Part shown: piece by piece, positions 26,611-39,677 of the stretch
Numbering within the stretch: position 1 is the stretch's first letter
Layout of the letters: the number at the start of each line of letters is the position of its first letter
The notes under the pieces: generated by a model
The model's input: only the letters and a program-made list of their open reading frames with translations
Told to the model about the DNA's origin: nothing
Database searches by the model: none
Assembly: GCA_958009085.1 (NCBI GenBank)
Contig: OY253674.1
Span: forward strand, 682,001 to 746,000
Length of the DNA stretch: 64,000 bases
Source: Protoeuglena noctilucae
Lineage: Eukaryota
Direction: 5' to 3'
Translations under genes and position numbers: made by a program

Positions 26611-27401
26611 GCCTGCCGAGGTGGCCGCCAACGGGCGGGTAGCCCACCTGCGGCAGGGGGCGATTTGCGCTCACAGCCCGACGCGCAACGAGGCGCGGGA
26701 GGAATGTGACCTCGAGAGTTGCCTTGCGGACTGCAGGCGACACCGAGACGAGGCGCGAGGCGCAACGCGCGGGGTAGGGCTGCGGCTAGGCATGCGCCCA
26801 GCTGCGAAGCGGGCCGGGCTTCCCGCAGCTCACCGTTCGCCTCCGGATGACCTCTACGCCTTCCCCACGTCCAGTCAACGCGGCGATGCCTCAGTATGCC
26901 CGGCGTCGCCTCCCGAGGCGGGGGCCCATGCAGGCGTATGTGTACCGTCAAAGCACGCGTTCCTGAGCACGTTGCCGGTCGCGCTGCGGTTGGACGTCCT
27001 TATGGCAACGCGTTCGCGTCACCCGAGGCGGGAATGCCACGGACGGACCGAGCATTCGCTTTACCCTACTGGGTCAGCTTGCTGGGGAGGGCGTGTCCGC
27101 GGCCAAGCGGCCACCCGCCGCCTTCGCTCCGCGATTCCGATAGCTCGGGGCTGTCGCATCTGTTTCGGGAGCGCCGAGTTCGCGCGGTCGACGATCTGAG
27201 GGCGTGGCGACGCGGGGGATCCCGTTGCATCGCCGGTCCTCTCGTGGAGCGCAAGGAATTCGCATCACGCCGCGCAGAGGCCGCGCGTCACCGTCGTTGG
27301 CGCCCGTCGCATAGGTCCTTTTGACTGCAGCTCGGCTCCCGTGGCACGGAGCCGGCCCTGGTGTCAAGAGGCGTCGGATATTGGGTCGTGGCGATCGCAC
27401 C

Positions 27402-28552
27402 ATGGCCGAGCCTCCGACCCTGGCGAGGGGCTTGGCGCTGCCCGTCCTTTGCTCCATGCGTGGCGTGCCCCTCCCGCCCTCCCCGCCGCGTGCTCGTGCG
27501 CGCTCCCGCCGGTTCTGCGTCGCTCGTCGTGTCACGCGCTCCGCGAGCCGACCGTCGCGGCGCTCTGACCGGCGAGGTGGCCACCCGTGGACGCAGGCCA
27601 AGCTCGTCTTGCTGGGCGACATGGGCGCCGGCAAGTCGTGCCTTGTAATACGCTTCGTGAAGGGGACCTTCGACGAGCATCACGAGTCGACCATCGGGGC
27701 CGCGTTCACGACCAAGGTGGGCGGGGCCCGAGTTTGCGATGACGGGTCCGCGCGTGCCCCTCCGCCCGCGACGCCGGGCCCCTCCCGTACCGCAGACGAT
27801 GCCGGAGCACGGGGTGAAGCTGGAGATATGGGACACGGCGGGGCAGGAGCGCTACCACTCCCTCGCACCCATGTACTACCGGTGCGACCGCCCGTGCTGT
27901 AGCGAGCCGCGGCCGTGAGGCCCGTCCCCCGCCCCGTCGCGCCCCGCCGATGCCGTGCTTTCTCTCCTCTTCTTCAGGGGTGCGGCCGCGGCGATCATCG
28001 TCTTCGACGTGACGGACACGCAGTCGTTCGAGAAGGCCAAGGCTTGGGTGGGAGAGCTGCAGGTGGGGAGCGCGGTCCGCGTCAAGCTGGCCGCGCTGCG
28101 CCACGTCTAGTCCCATGCGGAGGCGCGGACGCGATCGGAGCGACCGTGGCCCCGCCCGCAGAGGCAGGCGACGGCCAACATCGTCATGGCGCTGGCGGCG
28201 AACAAGGTGGACTTGGCAGACGCGCGGAAAGTCACGGCGGAGGAGGGGAAGGCTTACGCGAGCGCGAATGTGAGGGGCAGCAAGCGGGCGCGAGTTGGCG
28301 GGGTTCCTCGCTCATCACAGCGGGCTCCTCAGGCGGCCTGGCTTTTGAGCTGCAGGTCATTGCTCGTGACACCCCTGCCGCTCGCAGAACCTCTCGTACA
28401 TCGAGACGTCGGCCAAGGAGGGCACGAACGTGAAGGATCTGTTTGAGCTGGTGGCTAACAAGATCCCCAAGGCCACGCCGCAGAGCCGGCCGGCCGGCAA
28501 CATCAACCTGGCACAGGGGCAGGCAACCAGCCAGAGCTCGTGCTGCTCGTAG
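27402..28552 (+). CDS. RAB5: Rab5/RabF2-type small GTPase, 6 exons
   Basis: Motifs [48 protein letters not shown] and ETSAK, with a C-terminal SCCS* prenylation motif. Confidence 0.96.
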
Positions 28553-28607
28553 GGCCCAGGTCGCGCGGGTTGGGTTCGCGCTTTCTTGCAAAGGTCCGTT
28601 TGAATGG

Positions 28608-30076
28608 TCAGTCACACAGGAGGAACTCGGGGACTGTCGGCGGGGCGCACAACGCTGCGCCTTTCGGGGCGCGGAGACACAGGCTCGCCACGTGCTCGTG
28701 GGCAGGGCGGGATAACAGCAGCGTGTGCTCGAACTCCCCGTCAGGCCGGTCGAAGGGGTCCGAATCGGCTCCCCAAGGTTCGACCCCCCCAGCAGCGTCG
28801 TCGTGCAGCGCGATGGCGGCACGGTGGGACCAGCCCGCCGACGCGAGGGCCAAAGAGAGTTCCGGGTCCAGGAATCCCCGGGGCAGCTCTATGGCGAACC
28901 CACGCAGGCCCGGGGGGGCGCTGATGCCACGGCCAGCGGCCTTCACGAACGCCTCCTTGGCCGTCCAGAGAGCGTTGAAGCCCGCGCGGAGAGTCACTGC
29001 AAGACGAAGCGCAAGCGGTGAGTTCCCCATCGCCCTTGCCCTCCAGTGGCCCACACAGCGCGCTCGAACGCCACGCTCGCCTGCGTCGCTCGCCAGGCCG
29101 GCGAGCTGCGCGACCTCGTCTTCGTGCATCCGTCGTTTGGCCAGCTTGAGAGGGTCCAGGCTGGTCGCCCGGTCCAATCGCTCGGCATCCAGGCCGACCC
29201 CGACGCTGTGGCCCACCGCCATGCCAAAGATTCCCCGGGTGTGCGTCACCGAGTACTCCACGCCGGGGCCGGGTCCCTGGACGACTCTCGGCTTCCCGTG
29301 GGACGTCTTGGCCAGGCAGACCGCCCCGGGAGCGATGCCCAGGTACCGCCCCAGGACACGCCGTGCGGTCGCCTTGGACAGGACACGGAGCGCCACGGTC
29401 GGGTCCCAAGCGCCCTGAGCAAGACACAAAGCCGGGATGCATCCACCTCGCGCCTGTAGCTGTGGTGGCTGACGCTTGAGGGACAAGCACCGCACCGCGC
29501 AGAGGAGCTGCGTGGGCAGCGCACCTGAGGGAATCCACCTGGCCAACATGCGTTGCAGTCCAGCCGCTCCTCTTCGCTCAGCAACTCGAGCTCCTCCTCC
29601 AGATACCTCGTGTCTGCATGGCAACACAAAGCACCACGGTCCTGTCGTGCTTTGGTCAGGTCTTCTATACTCTCAGGCCGGCGTTAGTATCGAGCGAACG
29701 CTGGAGCAGCCGCACCTGATAGGAGGGCGTTGAGGAGCGCGGGGAGGAGCCACCACACGTGCACGTCCCCCGCTTGCATCCCGTCCAGCCACCGGGGCCC
29801 GTCGGCGACCAGTTCCCGCCGCGCCACTTCCATGCGACGAGGAATCCGAGGAGTCGCACCGGGAACGCCTGGGACGTCCAGCAGAACCTCGCGGCCGCGC
29901 AGATGGGCCCGGCACTGCCCATGACCGGCCACCGCGTGGCCGTGCCCTCCGCGGCCCACCATTCGCGGTCCCGGCGACACCACCTCCCTCGGACATGACT
30001 GCGGCCTCAATACGGGCCTCCCCGACACGCCGTGGAGCAAGCACGACGCTCCGTGGCGCGCGTGGAACCAGTCCAT
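28608..30076 (-). CDS. Sfp-type 4'-phosphopantetheinyl transferase
   Basis: Motifs DVHVWW, LLSEEER, HGKP, YSVTHT, VGLDAE and WTAKEAFVKAAGRGI. The start codon is uncertain. Confidence 0.88.
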
Positions 30077-30503
30077 GGCTGCCCCTGGCCGCGTACGCGC
30101 ATGGCGCACAGCAACCCGCATCCAAAGGCGCCACAGGATCCTCGCAACCTCAGAGGACAGCAGATGGACCGGTGGCAGGGGCGTGGTCAAGCAGATGCGA
30201 GTGGATGGACTGTCCCATGCCACCGCTAGGCAATGACGTCGACTGGTACCGGTCGCAGCGCAGGTAAACGGCACGCCTTTGTCCCTCCAGATGGACTGAT
30301 TGGCGAATGGGTCAGGCACGACGCAACACTTGCTCTAACACAGCCTCTCGCGCTGGTTGCAGGGTGATGGGCTCCACGGCGTCACGGACCGGCTCAGTTG
30401 CGAGGCACACAATGAGCTTCCGTTGCGTGACTGCAAGGCTTGCAAATATAGCATTTTCAGCGCGCATCTCCCGCTTTCCCGCTGCTAGGTGGCCCACAGC
30501 CCG

Positions 30504-31283
30504 ATGTCGTCATGTCGTCGATGCAGGAGTGCCTTGTCTGTCCTGATACGCTCGATAGAGAGTGCGAGCTGTCCACGGGTGGGCCCCTGCGGGTCAGCTA
30601 AAAGCTGGCGGGCTGTCGGTTTTCGCCCGCCCGCTGCATGCCCTTTTTCTACCGCCCCTTCCCTCGGGCGTGACCTCCTGAGGCGACAGTTCAGCAGATT
30701 TTTGGCAACCGCGTTGGGGAACGATCGCTCGGGGGACCGCCGGGAGGACAGCCGCGGCAGCGAGAGCCGGAGCGGCGTCGACCAGATTCACCTGGCCGGG
30801 ATGCACTTCACAGGGTGCGTGCCGCCGCGTGCGGCCCCCTACCTGGCGCTGGCAGCGGGTCATGGCTGTATCGTGCAGGCAGGCGGCACCTACAACCGCT
30901 CAGCCAGGAATTCGCGTCGTCCCAGGTACCACGGGGTGCTGGCGGAGGAGCGTGCGCTGGGCCAGCGATTCGTGGTCGACTGCACGCTGCACGTGGACCT
31001 GTCCAGGGCGTGCGTGACGGACGCACTGGAAGACACGGTGGACTACGCGAGGGTGTACGAGGTGGTGCGTGGCGTGGTCTGCGGGGAGCCCAGTAACCTG
31101 GTGGAGGCAGTGGCGGAGGACGTCTGCGCGGCGATACTGCGGCTGGACGGGCGGGTGGTGGGCGTCGACTGCACGGTGAAGAAGCCGCACGTGGCGGTCG
31201 GCGGGGTGGTCGACTACCTCGGGGTCACCGTGCGCAGGGGCCGCAGGTCCCGCGATGGAGGCGCCAGGGGCGCGAACAGGTGA
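30504..31283 (+). CDS. folB: Dihydroneopterin aldolase with N-terminal extension
   Basis: DQIHLAGMHFTG|YHGVLAEERALGQRFVVD...DALEDTVDY...NLVEAVA...KPHVAVGGVVDYLGV. One intron at about 30815-30925. Confidence 0.92.
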   Translation: MSSCRRCRSALSVLIRSIESASCPRVGPCGSAKSWRAVGFRPPAACPFSTAPSLGRDLLRRQFSRFLATALGNDRSGDRREDSRGSESRSGVDQIHLAGMHFTGCVPPRAAPYLALAAGHGCIVQAGGTYNRSARNSRRPRYHGVLAEERALGQRFVVDCTLHVDLSRACVTDALEDTVDYARVYEVVRGVVCGEPSNLVEAVAEDVCAAILRLDGRVVGVDCTVKKPHVAVGGVVDYLGVTVRRGRRSRDGGARGANR

Positions 31284-31703
31284 GAGGCGATGACAGGGCA
31301 CTCGCGGGAGGCGGGCCCTGACGGCTCTGGTCAGCGTGCCGCGCTGGTGCTGGTAAGATTTCATGCAGGGTGTGGGCGCGCGCGAGGTGAGCGACGCTCC
31401 GGGGCGCGCGCCCCTGGCCTAAGAATACCGCACGCAGCGGATCACGCGCACAGCTAAGGTAGGACGGGCGCGCCGCCTCGCACGCAGGGGAAGCCAGGGA
31501 GACAGCCACCAGGCATGACGACGCCCCGTGCACAGAGACGAGGGCGCTCGCACCCGCCCGGCGCCTGTACAGCTCTCCGCGCGGCTTGCGCTGTAGCAGC
31601 ACTGCGGGAGCGACGGAGCACGCCGGTCCACTCCGGGCATCTGTCGCTCGCACCATGGCCCGCCCCGCATCGCGCCGCCGGCGGCCAGCTCACCCGCCGC
31701 GGC

Positions 31704-33602
31704 TCAGTTGTCCTTGCCGTCCTTCTTGTTCTTCCTCCGCTTCTTGGCCGAGATGGACGTGGCGAGCAGCGTCCGGATGCCCTCGTCCTCCACCGCCTTG
31801 TCCGTCTTGACCTCCGGCAGCATCGACTTGGTGATGCGGTCCGTGCCGCTGGCCGTGAGGAGGATAGTGCCCTTGACCTGGGCCACCAGGGCCTCCTTCT
31901 TCTCGTGGAGCACCGGGTACGGGCTGATGAGCCCGTGCGCGAGGCACTCGGTCAGCCCCAGCCGCACCTCCCCCGCCTTGCCCGAGAGGGACCGGATGCA
32001 GAAGGGCGTCATGGGGAAGCGCTTCTGGATCTCCCCGAACACCGCGCGGGCCGCGCGGCCCTTGAGCTGGTAGTCCACCGCCACGTCGCGCTTGTACACG
32101 GTCGTCTGCCGCTCGTCCGTCACCCGCGCCTTGCCCTCCCCCGTCGACACGGCGATGTCGATCGCGTAGACCTCGTTGAGCTCGAACTCGTGGTCCTCCA
32201 CCTTCTGCTCGGCGTTGGGCCGGTTCAGCACCACCTTGTTCCCGTCAATGATGAACTGCTTCATCTGGTGCGTCATGACCCCCTCCACGAGCTCGCACCC
32301 GTACGCCTTCGCCACCGCCGCCAGGGCCGGCGGCACCCCCGACACCTTGAGCCCCGGCCGCACCAGCCGCATGGCCACCTCGAAGCACGTGTAGGCACAC
32401 GCAATCACGTCCGCCTGGCGCCCCGTCACTTGCCCCAGCGGGTTCTCCCCGCAAACCACCGTCGTCGCGCCCGTCGCGATGAACCCGTTGATGTGCGTGC
32501 CGAGGTCGATCTTCACCAGATCGCCCTGCGCGGGTGCACGGACGCAGGAGGCTGTCACGGCGCGTGCCCACGCGTGCGGCGCCCTCGGCCACGCGCCAAG
32601 GGTCCCGCCAGCGCGCCAGGGACGTGGGTGCACCGACAGCGCCGCCGTGCGCGCGCCCCACCTGCTCCAGCCGCGTCTCGTCGTCCCCCATCGGCGAGAA
32701 GTGCCCCACGACCGAGTTCACCGAGCAGCACACGGGGAAGGCGATGCCCTTCTCGACCTCCTTCCCCTTGAACACCTTGCTGCACTCCGCCTCGATCATC
32801 TCGTCACCCGCGCGGCATATATCGACCACCTTGGCCCCCGGCTTGCACATGGCGATCACGGCAGCCAGCGTCGCTGGGGCAGGGACGGGGGGCACGCGGT
32901 TAGGGTCGCGCCTGCCGGTCCCAGCGGCTCCCTCAGCCAAACTCGCGGGTGCCGGGGAGCCGCGGGGCCGAGAATCGGCAACGCGTCGGCGCCGGGAGCA
33001 AGGGCTGGGGGACCGAGCCACCAAGGCCGCTCCCGGCGAGCGGGGGTGAAGGCGCTCTCCGAGCGCGCCGCGATTGCCTCCTTTCCGTATATCCTATGCA
33101 TTCGCCTGCCGCTGCCGCGGCAAGGACGCCCCCGCGCGCCGCTAGCGATCGAACTTTGAGCCCCGCGCTGGTGGGGCCCGGGCGGGCGCCAGGAGCGCTC
33201 ACCGTTGGAAATTTCCGCTGCCGCCTTGTACATCGTGACCGCATCGCTCTGCGGGCGCCCGACGAGACGTCCTGTGAGCGCGCGGCGGGGCACGGGGCCG
33301 AGTCCCGGAGGTCGGCCGATCAGCTGACGCCCCCGGGAGCCCGGCGCCAGGCGCGGCAAGACCCGACATGCTCGTCATGCGCCCCCGCTTCCCCAGCCGA
33401 TGCGCGCGGGCTCGGGGGGCGCGGAGAACCCGGAGCGGCAGGTAAGCCGCCAGTCAAAGGCCCTTGCAGGCGAAATCCAGGGCACCCACGGGGAGAGGAG
33501 GCCCCGAGCAGCAGTGTTTCGAAGCGAGGACCACCCGCCCGGCGAGGCCGCACGCACCGACGACAGGTCGAGCTCCTCCGGAGCGCCTTCGTGGTCCGAC
33601 AT
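31704..33602 (-). CDS. EBP1: ErbB3-binding protein 1 / PA2G4 (M24-fold), 4 exons
   Basis: VTMYKAAAEISN, KGIAFPVCCSVN...HFSP, GDLVKIDLGTHINGFIA, YAIDIAVSTGEGK, TTVYKR, and a Lys-rich C-terminus. Confidence 0.94.
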
Positions 33603-33893
33603 GGTGGCGCTGATGGCGGCGATGCCGGAGGCAAGAGGAAGGCCAGCCGTGGGTGGCTGCGGGGCCTCTTGCCGGCGCGGCGGTGGGCGCGACTGGCAGG
33701 GCGGACTGGCGTCGCACGCGCACCAGCTGTTACGTACGCGCGGGGCCACGAGGGTGGGGCTCACCGCCGATGTGCACTTGCGATTGAAAGGGTCCGGCGT
33801 GGCCCACGTCCGCCCCGCTCCGCTCTCGACGCTCGAGAAGCTGCAGGCCCATGGGTCACAGGCGCGGCCTGTAGATCCAGGACAGGCTGGGCC

Positions 33894-34488
33894 ATGCTGA
33901 CGATCTGGCAGCTCCTTCAGGTGCTGCGCCCCGACGTAGGGGGGAGGTCGGGTCGCCTCGGCGCGGGCTCCTCGGTCCCTGCACCGGGGCGCTTTGATTG
34001 AACGCCGTGCGGTTCAATCCCTACAGCTTCCTCGAGGCATCCCCCGTGCGCGATGACTAAGCAAAACGCTCCTCTTTCCGCAGGCCATCCTGCTGGTCAC
34101 TAACGGAGTGGCGGTGCTGAATGAGGACCGCTTCCTGCCTCGGGTGCGGACGCGCGCCTGCCCTGCGCGCTGGGGTGACAACCGTTCCGCAATGCCGCCC
34201 TCTCGACAAAGACCATTGATTTGTCCACCTGCAGGTGGGCCTGGGCATGGCACCGCCGCAGGACTCGTACTCCATGGAGCGGCGCTCCGACGCCCTCGCC
34301 CAAGTCGCAGGATTCATCAACGCGACGCAGTATCTGAGGTGACACGCGCCGTCCCAGGGACTGCCTCGTCGCGGCTGTCGATCGGTGGGTTCAAATCGCT
34401 CACACAGGACTCCCCGCGCTCCACGCACAGGCTGCCACTGATCGGCGTCAACCTCCTGGTGGTCCTCGTGAAGCTGCTGCTTGGCTAG
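33894..34488 (+). CDS. YOS1: Yos1/IER3IP1 ER-Golgi transport membrane protein, 4 small exons (not captured as one ORF in the track)
   Basis: Spliced protein: MLTIWQLLQ|AILLVTNGVAVLNEDRFLPR|VGLGMAPP...LAQVAGFINATQYLR|LPLIGVNLLVVLVKLLLG*. Confidence 0.9.
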
Positions 34489-34565
34489 TCGCAACAGCGG
34501 CCTGGCATCAAGGCGGGAGGTTTTCCTGGGAGCTCACGGGGCGCGTGAGCTTGGCCTGGTGGCAC

Positions 34566-35851
34566 TCATGCTGCCGTGAGCCGGCTCGAGAGGGCTCGCA
34601 GCGTCGAGAGGCACTGCGACTTGTAGCCCCCGCCGAATAGGTTGTAGTGGTTTAGGTAATGGTAAAGCGTGTAGAGGTCTCTGCGCTCCTCGAAGCCGGG
34701 CTCCTGGGGGACGATCTCGTGGTACGCCGCCCAGAAGCGAGGGCCGAATCCCGCGCACCAGCTCATCCCCCACTCGGCTTCGGCGTGGCCGTAGTAGCAG
34801 GCCGGGTCGAAGATGGCCGGATCCCCCTCCACCGCTGCGGCGGCAAGGCGTCAAGGACCGGTCACGGCAGAGGGGCCGAGGATCTCCACTGCCAGGCAGC
34901 CACCGTCTCACCTGAGATATTCCCGCTCCAGAGGTCCCCGTGCAGTATGGAGGGCTTGACGGAGATGCCTTCAAACAGGTCCCCCATGCGCTCCATCACT
35001 CGTTCGCCCACTCTTTGGAGCTCCGTGTCCCCCGTGAGGCGCAACTGATGGCCCAGACTGCGGCACAGCAGGGTGCAGCTGTGGGCGTCCGTCGGCTTGC
35101 CACCGCAGTGCCAGACTCGCCTGCAACAGAGTCCGCGGCTCACCGGTGTTCGCGGAAGAACTCCACCCAGTCCTTGGTCCAGGGGTTCGGCTGCGGGGTC
35201 CCCCCAATCGTGTTGTCCACGACAAAGCCGAACATGCCCTCACGCGCCTCCCGATGCAGAGGCTCGGCCAAATGCATGCAGGCCATGGCCCGGCCCAGGT
35301 CCTCATCGGACGTGCGCCCTCCGAGGTTGAGGAACTCGGTGATGAGATACGACCCGTTCCCGCTCTCTTCCGGACCATACGTGAGGACCTCTGGCACGCG
35401 GACAGACTGCGTCGCGTGCATGGCTCTGCGATGCATGGTGTAAAGCCCCGTCGTGTGGAGCACCGTCGTGGAGCCCTAGACTGGGCTAAGGATGGTCGCG
35501 TCATATAGAACAAGACCGGTCATGCTCTTACCGGAGGCCCTCGCCCTCGCCGAGGAACATGGCCTCCACGGGACGCCGTGATGTCTTGACAAAGAAGGCA
35601 CGCCCCGATGTCGTGTCGAAGCGGTAGCAGTTGGCCCAGTTCGACGACGCGATGTTCCTCCGATTGGTGACCTTGCCGGCGTCCGTATTCACTTCGATCC
35701 AAGTCGAGGCTGCCGTCATGCGGGACGCGAGCGAGTGAGCCAGCGATGGGGGACTCCCTGGGTGCCGTCGCTGAGGTATTATGCAATCGCCGTTGACAAG
35801 TGGGCTCAGCATGGCAATCTTAGGTGAACGAACGCGACATCTGGGACCCAT
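34566..35851 (-). CDS. Fructosamine-3-kinase-related / protein-ribulosamine 3-kinase
   Basis: Motifs FFVK, MFLGEGEGL, FGFVVDNTIGGTPQPN, PSILHGDLWSGN, FDPACYYGHAEAE and LYHYLNHYNLFGGGY. Confidence 0.93.
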
Positions 35852-36014
35852 TTCGGCTCAAGAAGAATTCTGACTGGCAGAGAGGGGGCGCTGATGGGGA
35901 GCGCCTATCTAACAACTTCAGGATGCAATGTGATCGCGTATCTAGACCCTCTTAGTCGCCCTCCTGTCCACCTGCATCGCATCGGCAAAGTCCAGCGCAC
36001 CAGGGACGGGAGCC

Positions 36015-37153
36015 ATGGAAGGAGGCAGCGATGGTCCGAGGGAGACGTCCGGCGCATCCGCGGGGTCATCCACGAGCTCCATTCATCCCTGGTGACGCTC
36101 GTGTAGCGCAGGCCGAGCGGATCTCGATGCTGCTGCGGCGCAGCGACACGCCGAGCGTGCCGTCCCGTCGCGTCCCCAGGGATTCCTTCGCCTCCAAGCT
36201 CCGGCTGATCCGGAAACGGTGGGAGGAGAATTATGCGGAGGGAAGGAGGCTGCGGATCGCTTATCGCGTGGCAGGAGAGGCCGTCGGGGCGGCTGCCGTG
36301 ACGCTTGCGGTGGGGTACCTGAAGAACGTGCCTGGCCGGGGGACCAGCGCCGGCCGAGCGCTCTTCCTCGGAGGAGCGTGGGCGGTGTACTACAACGTGC
36401 TGCAGGAACTCATCAAATCACAGCGGGGCATCGACGAGTGGGTCAACTCGGCCTCGGCAGGCGCCCTCATGGGCTTTGCCGTGGGTGTGCCGTATGCAGG
36501 GTGGCGCAAGGCCCCAGTCATGGCCTTCCAGGTGCGTTCGTGCTCCCGGGCAGCGCCTGATCGCCCACGCGCCCGCTGTGACTCCCTGCGGGATGCACAA
36601 CACCGACGCTCGTGCGCACAGATGGGCGTCCTGGCGACGCTGGGCAGGCTGGGAGGGGACTTCTTGGGACTGGGCCGGGCGTTTGAGCAGAGCCTCGTCC
36701 AATCGGGGCTGCTGGACGAGCCTCCCTCGAAACCGCCCTCCGACGCAAGGGGACGGGAGTGGTGGCTGCTCATCCCAGGGACCAAAGCGCTCCCAGGTGG
36801 GCGCGCAAGAGGCCTGGCTGCATAACAAGATGCCGCGCTAATCATGTCGCGAAGTCGACAGGGCAAATGTCGATGCTGTCCTGATCCTGTCGACTACGCG
36901 ACATGATGTCCTGGCCCCCGCTGCCGCAGAGGAGGAGGTGCTGCGGCTCGAGCAGCAGGGGCGCGCGCGCGTGATGCGGCCCTTTTCGCGGTCGCACGGG
37001 CTGGCGAACGTCGACGAGACCAAGGAATCGACGGAGGGGTTCTTCGACGTCTCTCTCAAGCCGCGGGCGACGGTCGAGGAACTGCTGGCTGGGCTGCCGG
37101 AGGACCCATCCAAGCTGCCGAAGACAGCTGCAGGGAAGCAGCCCTTGAAGTAA
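36015..37153 (+). CDS. Tim17/Tim22/Tim23-family membrane protein
   Basis: Gly/Ala-rich hydrophobic helices around RGIDEWVNSASAGALMG, a family-typical motif. Four exons end in ...KQPLK*. Confidence 0.65.
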
Positions 37154-37210
37154 GATCTGACATTGACTTTCACCTATGTCCGTCGATAGAGAACAGCGGA
37201 GCAGCGGGGG

Positions 37211-38334
37211 TCATAGGCTCGGGCGCTCCATGAACTTGACGGCCGCCTGGCCGACGAGGAAGAAGAGCCTGCGCTTCAGCGGCGTCGCGTCTCCCCGCTC
37301 AGCTCCCTCGCGCTGCCTCTGGATGACCATGAGACCTGTGACGTCCCGAGTGTGGCCCGTCTCCAAGGGCTCGACGCTGATGGTGCAGGAAGCGCTGCGT
37401 GGACAAGCTTTTCTTGTTAACGGCGTCACGCGTTTGTGGGGACACAAACCAAGCGCGCCTGGATGCGCTCAGGGCCCAACCCACCTCTGACGCAGGAGGC
37501 GTGCCCAGCTCCTGTGGCCGTCGGTGTCCCAATGGGCGACAAACACACTTGCTGAGATGCCAGGCAGGGCTCTGCAGTCACAAAAGCCGAGTTATCGCCC
37601 TCCTGACTTGCTCATGCGCGTATGCGCACGCCATCTTGCCGAGCCAGCACCTGAGCTGCCATACCAGGCGCGTCATGAGCTGGTCGTTGGACGCCTCGGG
37701 AACGCAATAGCCCAAGGTGGAAAGGCAATCGAAAATGAGGAGGACGTCCCCCGTGGGATGGAGCTGGTCCTGCGAAAGCTCCGCCACCGCAGCCTGGATG
37801 CGGGCCACCAGGTTCGCCATGGCATCCGCGTCGGGCTGTACGTGCTGGACCTGCGCGGCGGGGTAGGGCAACGATTGCACAACGCGGCCGGGGTCGAGCA
37901 CTCGAAGTAACCGGGTTGAGGGCCCCTGCCACGCACCTCGACGACTCGCAGGCGGGAGGCGATGACTTCGCCGGGCACCCCCAGCTTCCGCGCCACCCTG
38001 CATATATCGGCGCTCTGCACCTCGGTGGTGACGAAGCACACGCGGCCCTGGGACCCGGCGCTCGGGGCCAGCAGAGCCTGGGCGAAGTAGTGGGGGACGA
38101 ACGAGCCCGCAACTTGGACCGTGTCCTGGACGAGGATGCTTTCTGCAACACAGATAACTGCACTGTCAAGCGACTGGGCCCGTTGGAGCGTCACCAACTC
38201 GCTTCGGCGCCCCACCGCGTGAGAAAGTGCAGGTTTGCATCGCCCACAGCAGGCTGCTCGTGCTCGGCACCTCGGAGCGACCGGAGGAGCGCCCCGATTT
38301 CATCTTGCGTCACGGAACTGCCGGAGGCCACCAT
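37211..38334 (-). CDS. ELP6: Elongator complex protein 6-like
   Basis: ILVQDTVQVAGSFVPHYF, RVARKLG, LLIFDCLSTL, ISVEPLETGHTRDVTG and FLVGQAAVKF match the ELP6 pattern. Confidence 0.78.
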
Positions 38335-38481
38335 CGTCGCCTGTTGAGCAACGCGGCGGCCACACCCGGATCCATCAGCGACTGCGCGCGTCGAGAGCCT
38401 CGCCCGCTGGCCGCAGGCGCGAAGCCAACGGACGCCACAAGCCTGCAAGGCTACTGAGCTGGTATGGCAGTCGTCAGGTGT

Positions 38482-38972
38482 TTTTTTTTTTTTTTTGCCA
38501 ATGAGGATTCAAAGAGATGACGGGTAGGGCACCCTCATAACCCTACACGCCAGAAGGCTACCCCGCTAGCGAGGCAAAAGAAAGAAGGAGGAAGGGAAGA
38601 AGAAGAAGATGGCCGCCGAGCTCACTGCGTTGGAGAGGAAAACCACCCCAACGAGCCCCTTAGCCCGGCTCAACAGGAAGGCGACGGGGGGGCGGCGGCC
38701 TTGGAGGAGGGAAGGTAGCAAAAAGAGCCTGAGAAACAGAGAGAGCCTTGAAGTAGATGCCAGGTGGAAGGGAAGGACCATGGAGGTCCTGGAGCATAGA
38801 GGCCGTGACGGGAGAGCCGAGGCGGGCGTGGCAGGCAAGGGCAGAGGAGATCCTGTGGCCGGCGTAGGAGACAATGCGAGCGGCCCTTGCCCACGCTGGG
38901 GCATCGGGTGGGTCGAGGAGCAGCATGGGGGGTGCATCGGGGAGCGGGTGGCCCGTGCGCCAGTAGCGGCGC
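38482..38972 (-). mobile_element. 5'-truncated non-LTR retrotransposon with poly(A) tail and 12-bp TSD
   Basis: T16 run at 38481-38496. GTCGTCAGGTGT occurs at both 38470-38481 and 38973-38984. A minus-strand frame is open from the truncation point to TAA at 38660, followed by a pyrimidine-rich 3' UTR. Confidence 0.85.
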
Positions 38973-39079
38973 GTCGTCAGGTGTGCCGAGAGCTCAGGAG
39001 GAGCGTTTATTGAGCCCTCTGGCGTGACTTACCGCCGTGCCAGCGAGACATGAACGAGCACGTTCAAGTAGGGAGATCC

Positions 39080-39677
39080 CTAGTTGCACGGATACGCCAG
39101 AACGATCGCCTGCCAGCACAGGTTGACGTTCTGGCCCCCGTATAGAGCAGGCAGCAGGAACGCGGCGCCAAGGTTGCCCAAGGAGAAAAAGGCGCCCAGG
39201 AATGCGCAGAAGACCACAATGCCCTTGATCTGCAACGACGGGGGAGGAAAAGATGACCATATTTGCAATAGGCATGGCCCCATTGGCTGGTCCCACCAAC
39301 CAGCGAGCGGCACGCACCTGTTCGCCGCGTGCCTCCGGATCGGTGACGAGGTTAGAGAACGTCCCGAAATACGTCCCGTCCTCGTTATACTCTCGGTCAT
39401 CGTCGCTGGCCTTCTTGGCCAGGAGGGGCCGCAGGGTCGCGCGACCGGTGCGCGTCCGACCCAACATCCCTGCCGAGGCGCCCCCATGCACAGAAATACT
39501 CCTCCGAAACGATGGCCGATACACTGCTTGTTCGGACGATCGAGACGAGACGCCCAGAGATCCTGGGAGCTCGGCGCCGGGGCTCGTAAGCGGACGACCT
39601 TGTTGCACGCGTGTATCTAGGCCGGCAGGAGTCGCGCTGGCACCTGATGCTGCTCTTGGCAGCGTCACTGGCTCCAT
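39080..39677 (-). CDS. Small hypothetical membrane protein, possibly plastid-targeted
   Basis: Ser/Arg-rich N-terminus, then ...DPEARGEQ|IKGIVVFCAFLGAFFSLGNLGAAFLLPALYG (hydrophobic). One GT-AG intron. The start is uncertain. Confidence 0.6.
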
